A DNA stretch of 63,984 nucleotides, the filler included, from Octopus bimaculoides (lineage: Eukaryota): the NCBI RefSeq assembly GCF_001194135.2. It is 6 parts of 6 records of this genome, joined end to end, with 100 filler letters (N's around TTAATTAATTAA, not from the genome) between each part and the next. Parts side by side here need not be neighbours in the genome. Positions count along the whole stretch, not along the records: positions 1 to 20,127 come from NC_068984.1; positions 20,228 to 44,756 come from NC_068985.1; 4 more parts are not named here. One strand, 5' to 3'. The position numbers and the translations under genes were made by a program. Each line of letters opens with the position of its first letter. Position 1 is the first letter of the stretch. The notes below the pieces were generated by a model, which saw only the letters and a list, made by a program, of their open reading frames with translations, was not told the DNA's origin and did not search any database. Shown here in pieces: positions 14,046-27,274 of this stretch.

Positions 14046-14620
14046 CGAAATATATACATATATATTCTCTTAAGCCTAAAAACCCACGAACTAACAACAC
14101 ACATATCTTGTGTATGTCTATTCGATTTTGTTCATATTTTANNNNNNNNNNNNNNNNNNNNNNNNNNNNNNTATATATATATATATACACATATATACTT
14201 TAAAACACATACTTACAGAGCCATAAATATTTAGAGTCCTACAGAGGCAAACCTACTAAATCTATATTTCAAATACGTGTTTCTTACATCAGAATTTTCG
14301 ATTAAAATAGAAACCTTAAATTATTAGAATACCAGACTTGAAGTTACAGCTATTGGTTGGTGAAGTGAAGAATATTTGTTAACAGAGTTTCTTTTGTGTT
14401 ATGCATTCTGATAATATGACTTGGTGATGTGTAACAAATAGATCAATTAAGATTTAAACAAGAGGTTATGACAGCTAGTCTTATACAGATGACAAGAATC
14501 TACTTCAAACGTATATATTAGTGCGTGGGATCAATATAGATAAAATTCTCTCATATTACTTTGTTCCTCGATGTCAATATTTTAAACTTACACACACGCG
14601 CCCGTGCATCATGTATGTGT

Positions 14621-14702
<82 letters not shown>

Positions 14703-16439
14703 ATATATATTTACATGTGTGCACGCTTGTGTTTATTTTGGCTTTAACGAGAGCATATAATCAGAGTAACTCTTCTATAGGATACACATGATCGATATAT
14801 ATCCAATGTGGATCTTCAATATGACAGTTCTCTGACTGTGAAAATCCCTCCCGTGAATTAAAAAAAAGCTATCTTATATAAGAAAACCAAGAATAACACA
14901 TAGTAGATTATGTTCTTAGCATTGCGAACAGCTAGAGAAATGTATAAGGCATTCATAACAATAATAGAAGCAAAAAACGCAAGTTATTAGATTTAATGTT
15001 GTAAGATAGTGTACAAGATAAACACTGGAGCAATTAATTAAAGCAATTAATCAAAGCATATGGATTTAGCTTATGTAAGATGCGAATGATTTTTCACAAT
15101 TTTAAAATACACAAACGCTAAATTGGTAAACATATTACACCAGTTTTTAAGATTCTTCTTTTAAACGTGTTCTTACACTGCTCTCTAACATCCTCCATCA
15201 CATTCTCATCTTGTGAGAATATGATATACAGCAGATGTATGTCACCTTTTCTATATAGAATGATTCTTTTTTTTTTAATATTTGTACTATTACGATGTGT
15301 TCAAATACAACAAAATTACTTTATGGCTGGCATCATAGATGTGGTAATGATTCAGATTATATGCTTGTTATGTAAATGATCGGGTAATTACCTAAAGATA
15401 CTTTCTGCATGAAAAAACATAACTAAGTTAGGAAGAATATACTTCATTAGCTGTGCAAAGGAAATGATTTATTAAACTTACATCTGTAGTGAAAACCAAA
15501 AATCATTAACTTCAAATGATTCATTCTTGCTAAGAAATTCAAGACAGATTACTCACCACAAAAATTATGCCCTTCAGTTAATGGTTATTGCCACTTACTT
15601 CTATCCTCAATGTGTTTTGTTCAATACGATAACGAGTGTAGCATTCTTGGAAATGTTAATTAATAAAACACATCCTTACTAACGAAAGCAATCATTTTCT
15701 AAATGAGTACTTCTAATCAAGAAAGGACCGAGACAACACCGAAAAATAAAGTTAATTAAATTTGAAACATGGGGAAGTGAATCTAATCTTTAACAATATG
15801 TCGAGAGTGCTAATTTGAGACAAGTTTTGCTCATATTGGACCTCTTCAGTGGAGCATAATTTTAGATACTATATGACTAGAGAGGCTTATAGAATTTTTT
15901 TGTGAATGAACACAGTGTCATTACAAATTAAACAAATCACTCCGATAAAGAAAACCTAATAGTAAAGTGGGTGCTAACACACTAGATGTAGAAAACCAAG
16001 GAATTTTGATTAATCAAAATTGTATCCTTGATAATACATGATATATAAGGTTTCAAAAACTATACTATTGTGAAATTGATCTATTTTTCTGTCTTCGGGA
16101 GTGAACAAGGACTCAAAGAAGGTATATTTGATAATATCTTTTTACATACGTGGTAGCAGCTCACTATCGGAAAAGTGAAATGGCAACCGATGAAGAAATA
16201 TGTTTCACCGACAGTGTAAAAACTAGCAATATTAAGATGAACAGTATTGATTCTATGATGAGTAACAACAGTGATGACCATTATTCACGCCACGGCATAG
16301 ACGATCAAAAGATTCACAGTCCTTTGAGAAACTAATCAATGCCTTATATACAGAATAACAAAACTCTAGTGCGGCTAATATTATATGGTTGCGTTCACTG
16401 AACTCAACTATATAAACTGAAAAATGACATAGATGGTTT

Positions 16440-17560
16440 CAGTATACAAGTAGTTCCTGATGTGCACACATAAGCTAAGGCTACGATGTCTACAAATAGC
16501 AGGCTTGATTACCATTTTGTAGCACAGACCGTCTCTTTGACGGAGTTGCATTCTTATGTCATGAGGAGACCAAGACTGGCCACCAGGCATTTGGAATGCT
16601 GTCAGGCACTCACAGCCCTCTACCAGTCGGTAATGCAGTTGGTAGAATTTCCACTTTGACGTCTTATAGTGTTAGTGAAGATTGACGATGTTCTCGGGGA
16701 AAGTCAAGGCGTCGATGAGAATCGACTAGCTGGCCAGTTCCTAAAAACTTTCAACATAGGAATGGCCGTGATCCTTGAGAGGTGAACATTGCCAATTCGC
16801 GATAAACTCTAAAGGCCTGTATATCAGTTCATCGTGAAGATCTCTTTATCACTGTCCTTTCCCGGGAAAGGCAAGAAGTTTTCCTCTGTTTGGTGTCTCT
16901 AGTGAAAAACGGTTGTGTTATGAATGAGACTGAAAGAACTAAAGACAGATAATTTCTTTCCTGTAAGTCCTTTATTAACTTTTTCTTGCTTAACTTGCAA
17001 AGGAAGGTGAATGTGGAAAGGAAATACTTCTCCCAGCCCAGTAAATTCAAAGATGAGTAAAAATGACGAATTTGGTGATCTTATGCTCTTGTAGATCGAG
17101 AGACAGTGGATGAGAGAGGATGCTTGCCCTAGGTAGTCATCATTATCAACGACATAATCATCAGAGAGTCATAAGTGGAAACTGGACGAAGAACTCTGCA
17201 GTATGTTGTTGCAGCGGATAATTTTCTGAGTTTAAATGCTACTGGGGTCTATTTTGCTTTTTATCCTTCCGAGATCGAGAAAATGGATTGCTGAAGTTTG
17301 TTAAGTCGACTGTATGCTCCAACTTTTTAAAAGTGAGCCTTTGGAGAAACCAATGAGATGGTAGAGAGTGAAGTGCTACCCTCCGGTAAATTTGGTGAAA
17401 CGTCGGTGAGAATGGCAAATATGGCCCAAGTGAATAGGTCCGCGTTTAGCATACGTTTGTAAGCCACAGCAGAGGGCCCTTGCTCTTGGAAGAAAGAGTA
17501 GTCCAAGTTCAGTGATGTCTGTTTTCTACAATGGATTCTACATAAATCCTCGTCGTTTTT
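16440..17560 (-). mobile_element. Highly degenerate Penelope-like (PLE) reverse transcriptase remnant
   Basis: Across a frameshift the minus strand gives FTRDTKQ..FLPFPGKDSDKEIFTMN (about 16827-16910), resembling the PLE RT segment xIRDTxH..FxFPxxxKxxFTMD. No intact catalytic motif is seen. Confidence 0.35.
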
Positions 17561-17614
17561 GTAATTTCTACTTGTAATTTTCAGTCACACGTCGTCATTA
17601 TGAAAATATTAAAA

Positions 17615-17615
<1 letters not shown>

Positions 17616-17678
<63 letters not shown>

Positions 17679-19460
17679 CATGATGTACACACGAATATTT
17701 TCCATTCAGAATCAATTTCCTTGAAACCGGGTCACAACCAGTTCCCTTAGACATTGAGAACCTTTCTTCCAATTCTTGCTGTTCCCAAACAGAGCAGTAT
17801 TCTGTATTCATGCAAATCTTGTTGTTATACCAATCTCAATAAGGGAGCTGTTAAGTTTGTTGGTGACGGAACCTAGGGCACCAATATTAACTGGGATTAC
17901 TTTTGTAGAAACCCTCCACAGTTGTATTTCCCAAGCCAAATCCTGATAGTTTCCAATTTTCTCCTGTTCTTCGACCGCTACATTCATGTCCTCAGATGTA
18001 GTCACATCTATGATGTGCACTTTTCCCCCTTGTCAAGAACCATAATATCTGGTCACCTGGCATGAATTTCGTGATCAGTTTATACATTAAAATCCCATAA
18101 TATCTTGTACTGGTAGTTCTCTATTACACTTTCTGGTTGATGTTCGTACCATTTTCTTTCTACTGTAAATCTTCTTTGTAGTAATATGTCCCAGAGTAGT
18201 GCCTTGGCCACACAGTCGTGTCTGCGTCTATATGTGCCAAAGAGGTACAGGAACTTATGTGTATAATGGATTGATTCTTCTTCCTTATTACATACTCTGC
18301 ACTTAGCACTTTTCGCAGATTTGTCAATTTTGGCCTTAATGATAATAGTTTGCAATGACTGGCTTTGGGCTGTCATTATGAGCCCTGTTTCTTTCTTAAG
18401 ATCTCTATTCTTCAGTCATAACCAAAGCTCCTCTACTGCTACATCCTGCGTTTGTCTGAGATGCTGACCATGTTGTTCTTTTCTTCGGATGTTTCTTCCT
18501 TGCTCCTGTTTTCTTCTTTTGTATTCCGTTGCTGTCTCCCCAGCTTCTCTTTCTTCTCTCCTCTGGTAGCTAAAATCAGTCGTTCTGGGTGGTTTTTACG
18601 TACTCTTGTATATCTCGTTTTACCATCTCTACACAGACTTCTATTGATGTCAGGCCAATTCCCTTTCCTTCCGTGGCAAGTATAATCTGTCGACGTTGTT
18701 TCTAGGATGTAGCAACCTGTACATGGGCAACGTCTTTCTGGTTTTACAATCTATGCCTCATAGTTCTTCCTTAGTCCATTTCAGGAAAGCAGGAGAATAT
18801 GTTATAGAAGATACCGACCATGTGTTTACTGCAGTGATGCTTTCCCCTCCATTCACTTTTGAACGTAACACCGTTTTTACTCTCGTGAGATATTTGTTTC
18901 TCACCTATTTATTTTCTTGGCAGAGGATTCTGTCTATCTTTAATACACCTAGGCACTTGTAACGGTCACCCTCATTCATTGCCCAAATCGATGTCTTATT
19001 TGAGAGTTTAATCCCTTCTGACCAGAATATTTTCAGGTCGTCCATAAAGAGGTGGTGGTCTATTCTGTCATCACTGCTAAATTCGAATCATGCCTTAACA
19101 TCTTTCATGGCCAATGTAAGAGGGATAAGGCCAACTACAAATAGCAGTGGTGAGAGTATATCACCTTGAAATATTTTCTACTTATGTTGACTTCGGATTA
19201 TCTTGGCCTAATGTTAGTATAGTTCTCAATTTTGGCATACACTTTTATAGGAGCTGGACAACATCTTCATGAGTGTGACAAACCATCATATGCTTTTTGG
19301 TAATCAATCCATGCCATTGCTAGGTTTTTCTCCCTGCTTTTGTCGTCTCGGAGGACTTGCTGATCTATATATAATAGATCGTTTGTCCCTCCGGAGCTTT
19401 TTATGCTATCAAGATCTCTGGCTACATATATTAAGTTTTTTATACTAGTAAAAACCACGA
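17616..19460 (-). mobile_element. 5'-truncated, decayed R4/Dong-clade non-LTR retrotransposon (RT, CCHC finger, restriction-like endonuclease) ending at (TAC)n
   Basis: Minus strand: KNLAMAWIDYQKAYD, IFQGDILSPLLF, HHLFMDDLKIF (RT); KCRVCNKEEESIH and RRHDCVAKAL (zinc finger and RHD); KILWDFNV, PDIMVLDK..VHIIDVT, QEKIGNYQDLAWEI, VIPVNIGALG (RLE). About 21 GTA units at 17616-17678 on the plus strand mark the 3' end. Confidence 0.9.
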
Positions 19461-19925
19461 ATGTGTGAAGTTTTTACGTAAAAATACACATCTCAGAGAG
19501 CTAAACAAGAACAATAATACATTAACAGAGCGTTTATATGGTTGTTTGTCCTACTGGAAATAACAACCAAATCTCCCTCAAGTCACTACATCATGAAAAA
19601 GAAGGGATACATTGGATAATGAAGTTCTTGTGAGAGAAGGACTGGTTGCTACGCATTTGATCACCAGCCTTACACAAGCAGAGCCGATTCGGCTAAATAA
19701 CAATAACAAGTATATACGAACCACTATTTTAGACTTCTGCAGTATTAAAAACAATATAAACTTCTATTGCATACAAACTCAAAACATAGACAGAGAGATG
19801 CGTGTACACCTTAATTTATTCTCTCTCTTTTCTTTTTCTATCTCTCTCTCTCTCTCCATCTATCATCTTTATTTATTTTGCTCTATCTCTGAATTTCTCT
19901 TTCACCCTCTCTTTCACTCTCTCTA

Positions 19926-20026
<101 letters not shown>

Positions 20027-20171
20027 CCTCTCTATATATACTGAGAGATGGAGAGAGAGAGAAAAGGATAGAGAGAGTGACAGAGAGGGAGAAAGAGAAA
20101 TTCAGAAATAGAACAAGATAAATAAAGNNNNNNNNNNNNNNNNNNNNNNNNNNNNNNNNNNNNNNNNNNNN

Positions 20172-20183
20172 TTAATTAATTAA
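20172..20183. other. Assembly spacer TTAATTAATTAA inside N runs (also 44801-44812, 51996-52007, 58028-58039, 61901-61912)
   Basis: The identical 12-mer gives stops in all six frames and is flanked on both sides by about 44 N each time. Confidence 0.95.
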
Positions 20184-21032
20184 NNNNNNNNNNNNNNNNN
20201 NNNNNNNNNNNNNNNNNNNNNNNNNNNTGTGTGTGTGTGTGTGTGTGTGTTTGTTTGTGTGTCTGTGTTTGTCCGCCCAACATCGCTTGACAACCGATGC
20301 TGATGTGTTTACGTCCCCGTAACTTAGCGGTTCGTCAAAAGAGACCGATAGAGTAAGTACTAGGCTTACAAAGAATAAGTTCTGGGGTCGATTTGCTCGA
20401 CTAAAGGCGGTGCTCCAGCATGGCCGCAGTGATATAACTGAAACAAGTAAAAGAGTAAAAAGAGTAAGAGTATAGCTTATTTTATATTTCAAGAATACAT
20501 TTAAACTGTCTCCAGAAACCCAGGTCCCAATGAAGTTCATAACTTAACCCTTGTTTTTCCTGTGTCATCTTTTTTTCTTGTTACCGTTCTATACTCATCT
20601 AACACTTTGTTCAGAAGCATCACCAGGTTATTAGTCTCAAAATGCTTAAGCGAAATATATCCTTTGTCTTTTATCATTTACTTGTTTCAGTCATTTGACT
20701 GCGGCCATGCTGGGGCACCGCCTTGAAGGGTTTTAGTAGAACAAATCGGCCCCAAGACTTGTTTTTTTTAAGCCTAGTACCTATTTTATCGGTCTCCTTT
20801 GCCGAACCACTAAGTTACAGAGACGTAAACACACCAACACCAGTTGTCAAGCGGTGGCAGGAGACACACACACACACGCACACACACACACATATACACA
20901 TATACGACGAACTTCTTTTAGTTTCCGTCTGGTCGGTCCGAAGCTATAGTAGAAGTCACTTGCCCAAGGCGCCATGCAGTAGGAGACTGAACCTGGAACC
21001 ATTTGGTTGGGAAGCTAGTTTCTTACAACACA

Positions 21033-21074
<42 letters not shown>

Positions 21075-21081
<7 letters not shown>

Positions 21082-21325
21082 ACCACGTGACCGACCAAGC
21101 TATCAGATGTTATTACACATCGCTGGTCACAATGCATTTTTGCATTGCTTTAGCCTTCAGACGACGCCACTCCGTTGGCTAGGTGAGCAGGTCAATACTC
21201 CCCTAGTGATCATGAAAAGAAGTGTATTGCTCAAGAACACAACGCACCACCCAGTCAGGGAATAGAACCCACGATCTAGCGATCATGAGTGCAACAGCCT
21301 AACCACTAGGCCACACGCGTCTTCA
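21075..21325 (-). mobile_element. tRNA-derived SINE with a CORE-like central segment
   Basis: Reverse complement: tggcctagtggttagg..gtgggttctattccc..gcgttgtgttcttgagcaatacact. Confidence 0.7.
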
Positions 21326-23639
21326 CACACACTTATATATGTGTGTGTGCGTGTGTATGTGGTCCGGCATTGTTTGTGTGTAGTGAAAATTTATAACTAG
21401 TTTGAGGATTTTCAGTTTTGTTTCCTTCCCTTAACTTCGTGTATTTTGTTTAATAAAGCCTAAACTCTGTTTTTATTGTGTTGTTTGTTGCTTGTTTTCT
21501 TTTGCGAAAGAGCGAGGCAAGCTTTTACACATGCATTATAGTGACATTAACCGATTAACTGAGATTATCGTTGCTATCAGTGAGACACCTTACCGACTCT
21601 TCCACTGCACTGCTCGACCATTGAATGATCGTTTATTTCGATCATTTAATACTGATTACAAATTTTGGCAGAAGGCCAGCAATTTTGAGGATGGAGATGA
21701 GCCGATTACATCGACCCTAGTGTTCAACTGGTACTTATTTTAACCACCCCGAAAGGATGAAAGGCAAAGTCAACCTCAGCGGAATTTGAACTCAGAACGT
21801 GAAGATGGACGAAATGCCGTTAAGCATTTTACCCGACTTGCTAACTCTTCACCCGACTCTGCCAGCTCACTGCCTAATTTCAGTCCTTTAATATTAATTT
21901 CAAATTTTGGAACAAAGCCAGCAATTTCAGGGGAGGGGTAAGTCAATTACATCGACCTCAGTTCTCAACTGGTATATATCCTATCGACCCCGAAAAGATG
22001 AAAGTTAACGTGGACTGCAGCGGAATTTGAGCTCAAAACGGGAAGACGGCTGAGATGAAGCTAAGCATTTTGCCCGGTATGCTAACGATTCTGCCAGCTC
22101 TCCACTCTACAACCCTTAAATATTACAGCATACAATAAGGGGTAAGTTGGAAGAATCGTTAGCACCCTGGACGAAATGCTTAGCGGCATTTCGTCTGTAT
22201 TTAAATTCTGAGTTCAAATTCTGCCAAGGTCGACCTTGCCTTTCACCTTTTCAGGGTCAATAAAATAAGTACCAGTTGAGTACTGGGGTCAATGTAATCG
22301 CTTTCTCCATCATCCGAAATTATTGGCCTTGTGTCAAATTTTGAAATCAATATTACAACACATATTTAGAGTGAAATATCGATTGATTGATATCGATCCG
22401 TATATCACTGGTACTTTTTATCGTATTTTATCCTCCTTCGAAAGATGGAAGACGAAGTTGATCCCAGCCGGTATCTGAACTACGAACGTAACGGGATACA
22501 ACTCATTTAGTTCGACATTCTACTATTTCTACTGTTACCATCAAATATATATTGATCTGTTTATTTATTGATTTATTGATTGATTGATTAGTTATAGTAG
22601 AACTGTTGGATTGTTACCAGAAGATATAACAACAAAGTAGTTTCATCTCGACAAAAACCACGACGACAGTAGTTATTCAACTACGTTTGTTCTTGACTTT
22701 TATCTTCTTTCTCCTTCAAGAGTCGATATAGACTGAAAATGGCCAATTCAATAACACTGTTTCTCTCTGCTGTCTGTCGCAAAATTAAAGATTTTAAAAT
22801 TTGGCACCAGGCCAGCAACTTTTACTTCAACTCCAGTATTCAGCTGATACTTTATGTTAACTGGCACAGAATAATAAAAATCAGTATGTCCTTGCAAGCA
22901 GTAAAAGAAGTAGAGGGCCTGAATAAAATTGCATTGTGGTATATAATTACGTCCCTTTGTACTGAAATCAAATTCTATCGACGCCGATTTGCCACTCTTC
23001 CTTTCGGTTTCTATAAACTAAAGGAGCAGTTAGGTTGAACTGTATTATTTAAAGATATGTTGTATTATCTGCGTCCTTCAGACCCGTATTAGAAATCTAA
23101 TTCAGATGTTGATACTAGCAGTGGCAGTACATCAGTCAAAAGTACCCAGCAATGTTAAGTTATACACCTTACGTTCTCAATTTCTTCTAGGCCTGAAATT
23201 TTAGGGGAGAGGAAAATCGATTACATGGACTCCAGTGTTTGTCTGGTATTATTTTATCGACCTTGAAAGGATGAAAGGCGAAGTCGACCATGCCGAAATT
23301 TCAACTCAGAACGTAAAGCCGGAAGAAATTCCACTAAGCGTATCGTCCGGCGTGCTAACGAACTTTACTTTCTAAATTAAAATCTCGATGGTTAGGGTGT
23401 TGTTTTCACGACCACAAGGATCGCAAAATGCTTAGCGGCATTTCGTCCGTCTTCATGCTTTGAGTTCAAATTTCGCCGACGTCGATTTTGCCTTTTATCC
23501 TTTCAGGATCGGTAAAATAAGTACCAGTTAAGAACTGGGGTTGATGTAATCGACTTAACCACTTCCCCTGAAATTGCTATCCTTGTGTCAAAATTTGAAA
23601 CCTATATTTAGAACTTCATGGAACATTCTGGTGTACACG

Positions 23640-24560
23640 TCATTTAGAGTTTTCTTCATCGGTGCTGTAAGTGTCCGTGTTATTCAACTATAAGCTAAAA
23701 TTGATTCAACTACATCTCTAAAGTAGTCAATTTTAGTTTTTGATGGAAGATTAGACTTCCATATCTTATCCAAACAGTTAAGCGCTCCGCATGTTTTACT
23801 AATCCTGATTTCCATATCATTCTCGGATTTGGCGATATGACTTCCGAAATATTTGTACGTCTCCATATTTTTTATTTCTTCTCCGTTCACAGATAATACA
23901 AGATTTCAGTCCTATCTTGGTTGTAAGACATATTTTCTGTTTTAGCAGCTTTGATATATAATCCGATTTCACTTGCTTTTTTTTCTCCAGATGTGGTAGG
24001 ATATTGGCATTTCATATGATCACAGGTTACTACCAGATTGTCACATAATCTACATCTGGAATTTTCTTGACAGGATACCTTATACTTTCTTATCTGTGAA
24101 AGAGTCAAACCTAAGTATTTAAAAATTTTTTTTTTAGTTTAATGCTTTCCTTAGTACATTTGATAGCATTTGAGGAAAGATGTGGCGCTAGGGTATCGCC
24201 TTGTAGTTACATGAAAGAAACCAGTGCCTCCCTCTGCAGAACGAACTCTTGCTCCAGTATTCTGATATAGTATCATTATAGCGTTCACAGTTTCACAGTT
24301 TCTCTAGGAATATCAGAAACTAGCACTATCTTTCTCATTTTCTCTCCTTGGATCGAATCGAAGGCTATTGCGAAACCAACGAAAACTAGAATAGTTGGTA
24401 TGTTCTTCCCCGTCACACCTTGCGGCTTTTTGTAATATTCTTGATCTATTCCATTTGAACGAAAGCCATTACGATTCTCACGAAAAATTTTCTCAATCTT
24501 GTGTGTGATTGTTTTCAGTAACATCAAGTTGTATATTTTAGCTGTGTTCATAACCCATAA
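23640..24560 (-). mobile_element. Mosaic of decayed RTE-clade RT fragments with an intervening CCHC-finger (R4-like) fragment
   Basis: KIYNLMLL..IEKIFRENRNGFRS..LVFVGFAIAFDSI and QGDTLAP (24130-24551); YKYFGSHI..DMEIRISKTCGALNCLDKIWKSNL (23684-23890); CRLCDNLVVTCDH (23887-24108). Confidence 0.7.
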
Positions 24561-25018
24561 TCTATTATAGTCTTATGCCAATGTTTAAAAATCAATATTC
24601 ATAATGGTTGTAGCATTCGGTTAAAACCCCACAAAACTTAATTCAGCAGAAACCTTTTAAGCAGTCACACATATTTAAATGCCTAAACTTTATGTTCATC
24701 TACTTAAATACAAACTATTAAACATCGTTAAGATTTATCATTTTTTAATAGTTTATTTTATTGGTTCCGGCTCGTTCATTTTATGACACTTCATCACACT
24801 TTATCTTTTTTTATCTTTTATATTTTACTTGTTTCAGTCATTGGACTGCGGCCATTCTGGGGCACCTCCTTGAAGGGCTTTAGTCGAACGAATCGACTCC
24901 AGTATTTATTCTATCGGTTTCTTTTTCAGAACTGCTAAGTTACGGAGAGGTAAACAAACCAACGCGGCTGTCAAGCAGTGGTAGGGGACCAACACAAACA
25001 CAAGCATATAGATACACA

Positions 25019-25050
<32 letters not shown>

Positions 25051-26349
25051 TACACACGTTTGTGTATGTGTACGCATGCACACACACACACGAACATATA
25101 AATATGTGTGTATCTGTATACACACACATGTATGTGTACGCATACACACAGACATATACATGTGTGTGTATCTGTATACACATACATATGTATGTATCTG
25201 TATACACACACATATATATGTGTATGTGTATACACACTCACACATACTCAGGACGGGCTTCTTTTCTTTCAGTTTTCGTATACCAAATCTGCTCACACAA
25301 TTTTGGTCGGCTCAGTCTATTGCAGCGGGCACTTGCCCCTGGTGTCACGTAGTGAAATTAAACCCGAAATCAAGTGGTTAGGAAGCAAACTTCTTACCAC
25401 ACAGCTACGCCTGCGCCTTAATAATGTTGAACGAAGCTGCATGGAATAATATATATATTTATGTAAAGTTATGTTTAACGCGTTCGAGTGTGTTAGGACG
25501 TGATAAGACCTTTCGCTGCAGTAACAGACCCTAGAGAAAATTCTCCATCTCGATCTATATAAAAACATTTTATTTTGGACAATGAATGACGTCACTACAT
25601 CGCTAGGCGCATGCGTTTCTGCGTCGCTCTGCTTCGCATTTCTCCAAACATTTATGCTAATACAACACATATGATACATAGCACTTAGAGTGAAACTCCT
25701 TACCGTATTTACTGGAAGCCTTTTATTTCTTACATCCCGAGTTCATATCCGTCTCGAACCGTCTTCAGTAACGATAAAGTAATATCCAGCTTAACATCAT
25801 TTCAATCAAACTTCCTTTCACTCTTCTGCACTCTATGGCCTTGTGCCAGCATCAAAAATCAAAAAAATATTTTTTGAGGGTGTTAATTTGTCAGAAATAA
25901 AGCACAATAGCAGACTGTATGTCTTACAGTATTGAGTTTCATTCTGCTAAGTTCTGAGTTCAAATTCCACTGTTATCGATTTAGTCTTTCATTATTATTA
26001 TTATTTTTTATTTTTTATTTTTTCAGTGTCAAAAAATAAGTATCACTGGTGTACAAAGGTCAATTCAATTGATTAGAGCCCTTTCTTGCCAATTTCTGGC
26101 TCTCTGCCACAAACATAAGAAACCACTAAATAATGTGTGAGATTCCGTGAAAGAGAGAGAGAGGGGCAGACAGACACACAGACAGAGCGAGAGACTCACT
26201 GTATGACTGTGTATGTGAGACAGACGGTGTATGAGAGAGAGAAAGAGATTGCGAGTGTAAATGAAAGAACTGGTGTGCATAAGACTAAGTGTATGAGTGA
26301 AAGACTGTGTGAGAGAGAATGAGACTTTGTGTGTATGTGTGTGTGCGTG

Positions 26350-26396
<47 letters not shown>

Positions 26397-27214
26397 AAGA
26401 GAAACTGTGTGAGAGTGAGAGAGACTGCGAGTGTGTGTATGGCAGAGAAGGCGTGACTGTATGTGACTGCGTATTTGTGAGAGAAAGAGACAGAGGGAGA
26501 GAGCAAGACTGTAAGAAAGAGATAGAGAGAGAGAAAGAAAGAAAGAGAGAGGGAGGGAGGGGGAGATGGAGAGAGTGAAGTTGTGTGTAAGATTGTGCGT
26601 GTGACTGTATGTGACTGTATGTGGTTCCATCATTTTCTTATAAATAACACTTAAATAGAAACAGTATTTCACCTTTTATATTACGCTTTTGCTCTGGTTT
26701 TGTGATACGGTTCTTAATCTTTTAGCCAGGAGAGAAGCCAGTACCCACAACCCTTTAGAGAGCCTTCCTAGAAAGAAGCGGGGTTTGAAGATATCCTCAA
26801 ACCGGGACACCTGACTCCAATGCTTGCACTCTGCTATAAGAACCTAAAGTGCGATGTAGAGGTGTTCAACCGGGCGACGGATTAGGTCTGATACTCAAAT
26901 AGACTACGGCCACATTTGAACTCAGAATGTCGCTAACTGGTACAAATTCGATATGTAATCCTGTCGTGGGTACACTGGGTAGTTGTTCAGTAGCCCCAGA
27001 AGTCTAGGGGCCCAATTCTGATCTAAGTATGCTTTGTCTTGCTGTCAAAAACTAAATACTATAGGAGCCCGGTACATTGATTCATCCTGGGCCCTACAGC
27101 GTTGCTAAGACAACCCTCATCATAAGGCATTTCGTATGATGCCGTATTATTTTCGGCCAGTATATTGACTTAGATTGGAACTTCATCAAGTTCGTGAAGA
27201 AGAAAAGCATGCGC

Positions 27215-27274
<60 letters not shown>

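Noticed and set aside
20172-20183. Repeated TTAATTAATTAA palindromes (five copies)
   Set aside because: Always embedded between equal-length N runs, so they are artificial scaffold spacers rather than biological motifs.
24906-25449. Cys/Val- and His/Thr-rich ORFs (also 26065-26672, 37938-38818, 45202-45672, 49421-49725, 50501-50859, 58028-58562)
   Set aside because: Translations of (CA)n, (TA)n, (GA)n and (TACA)n microsatellites.
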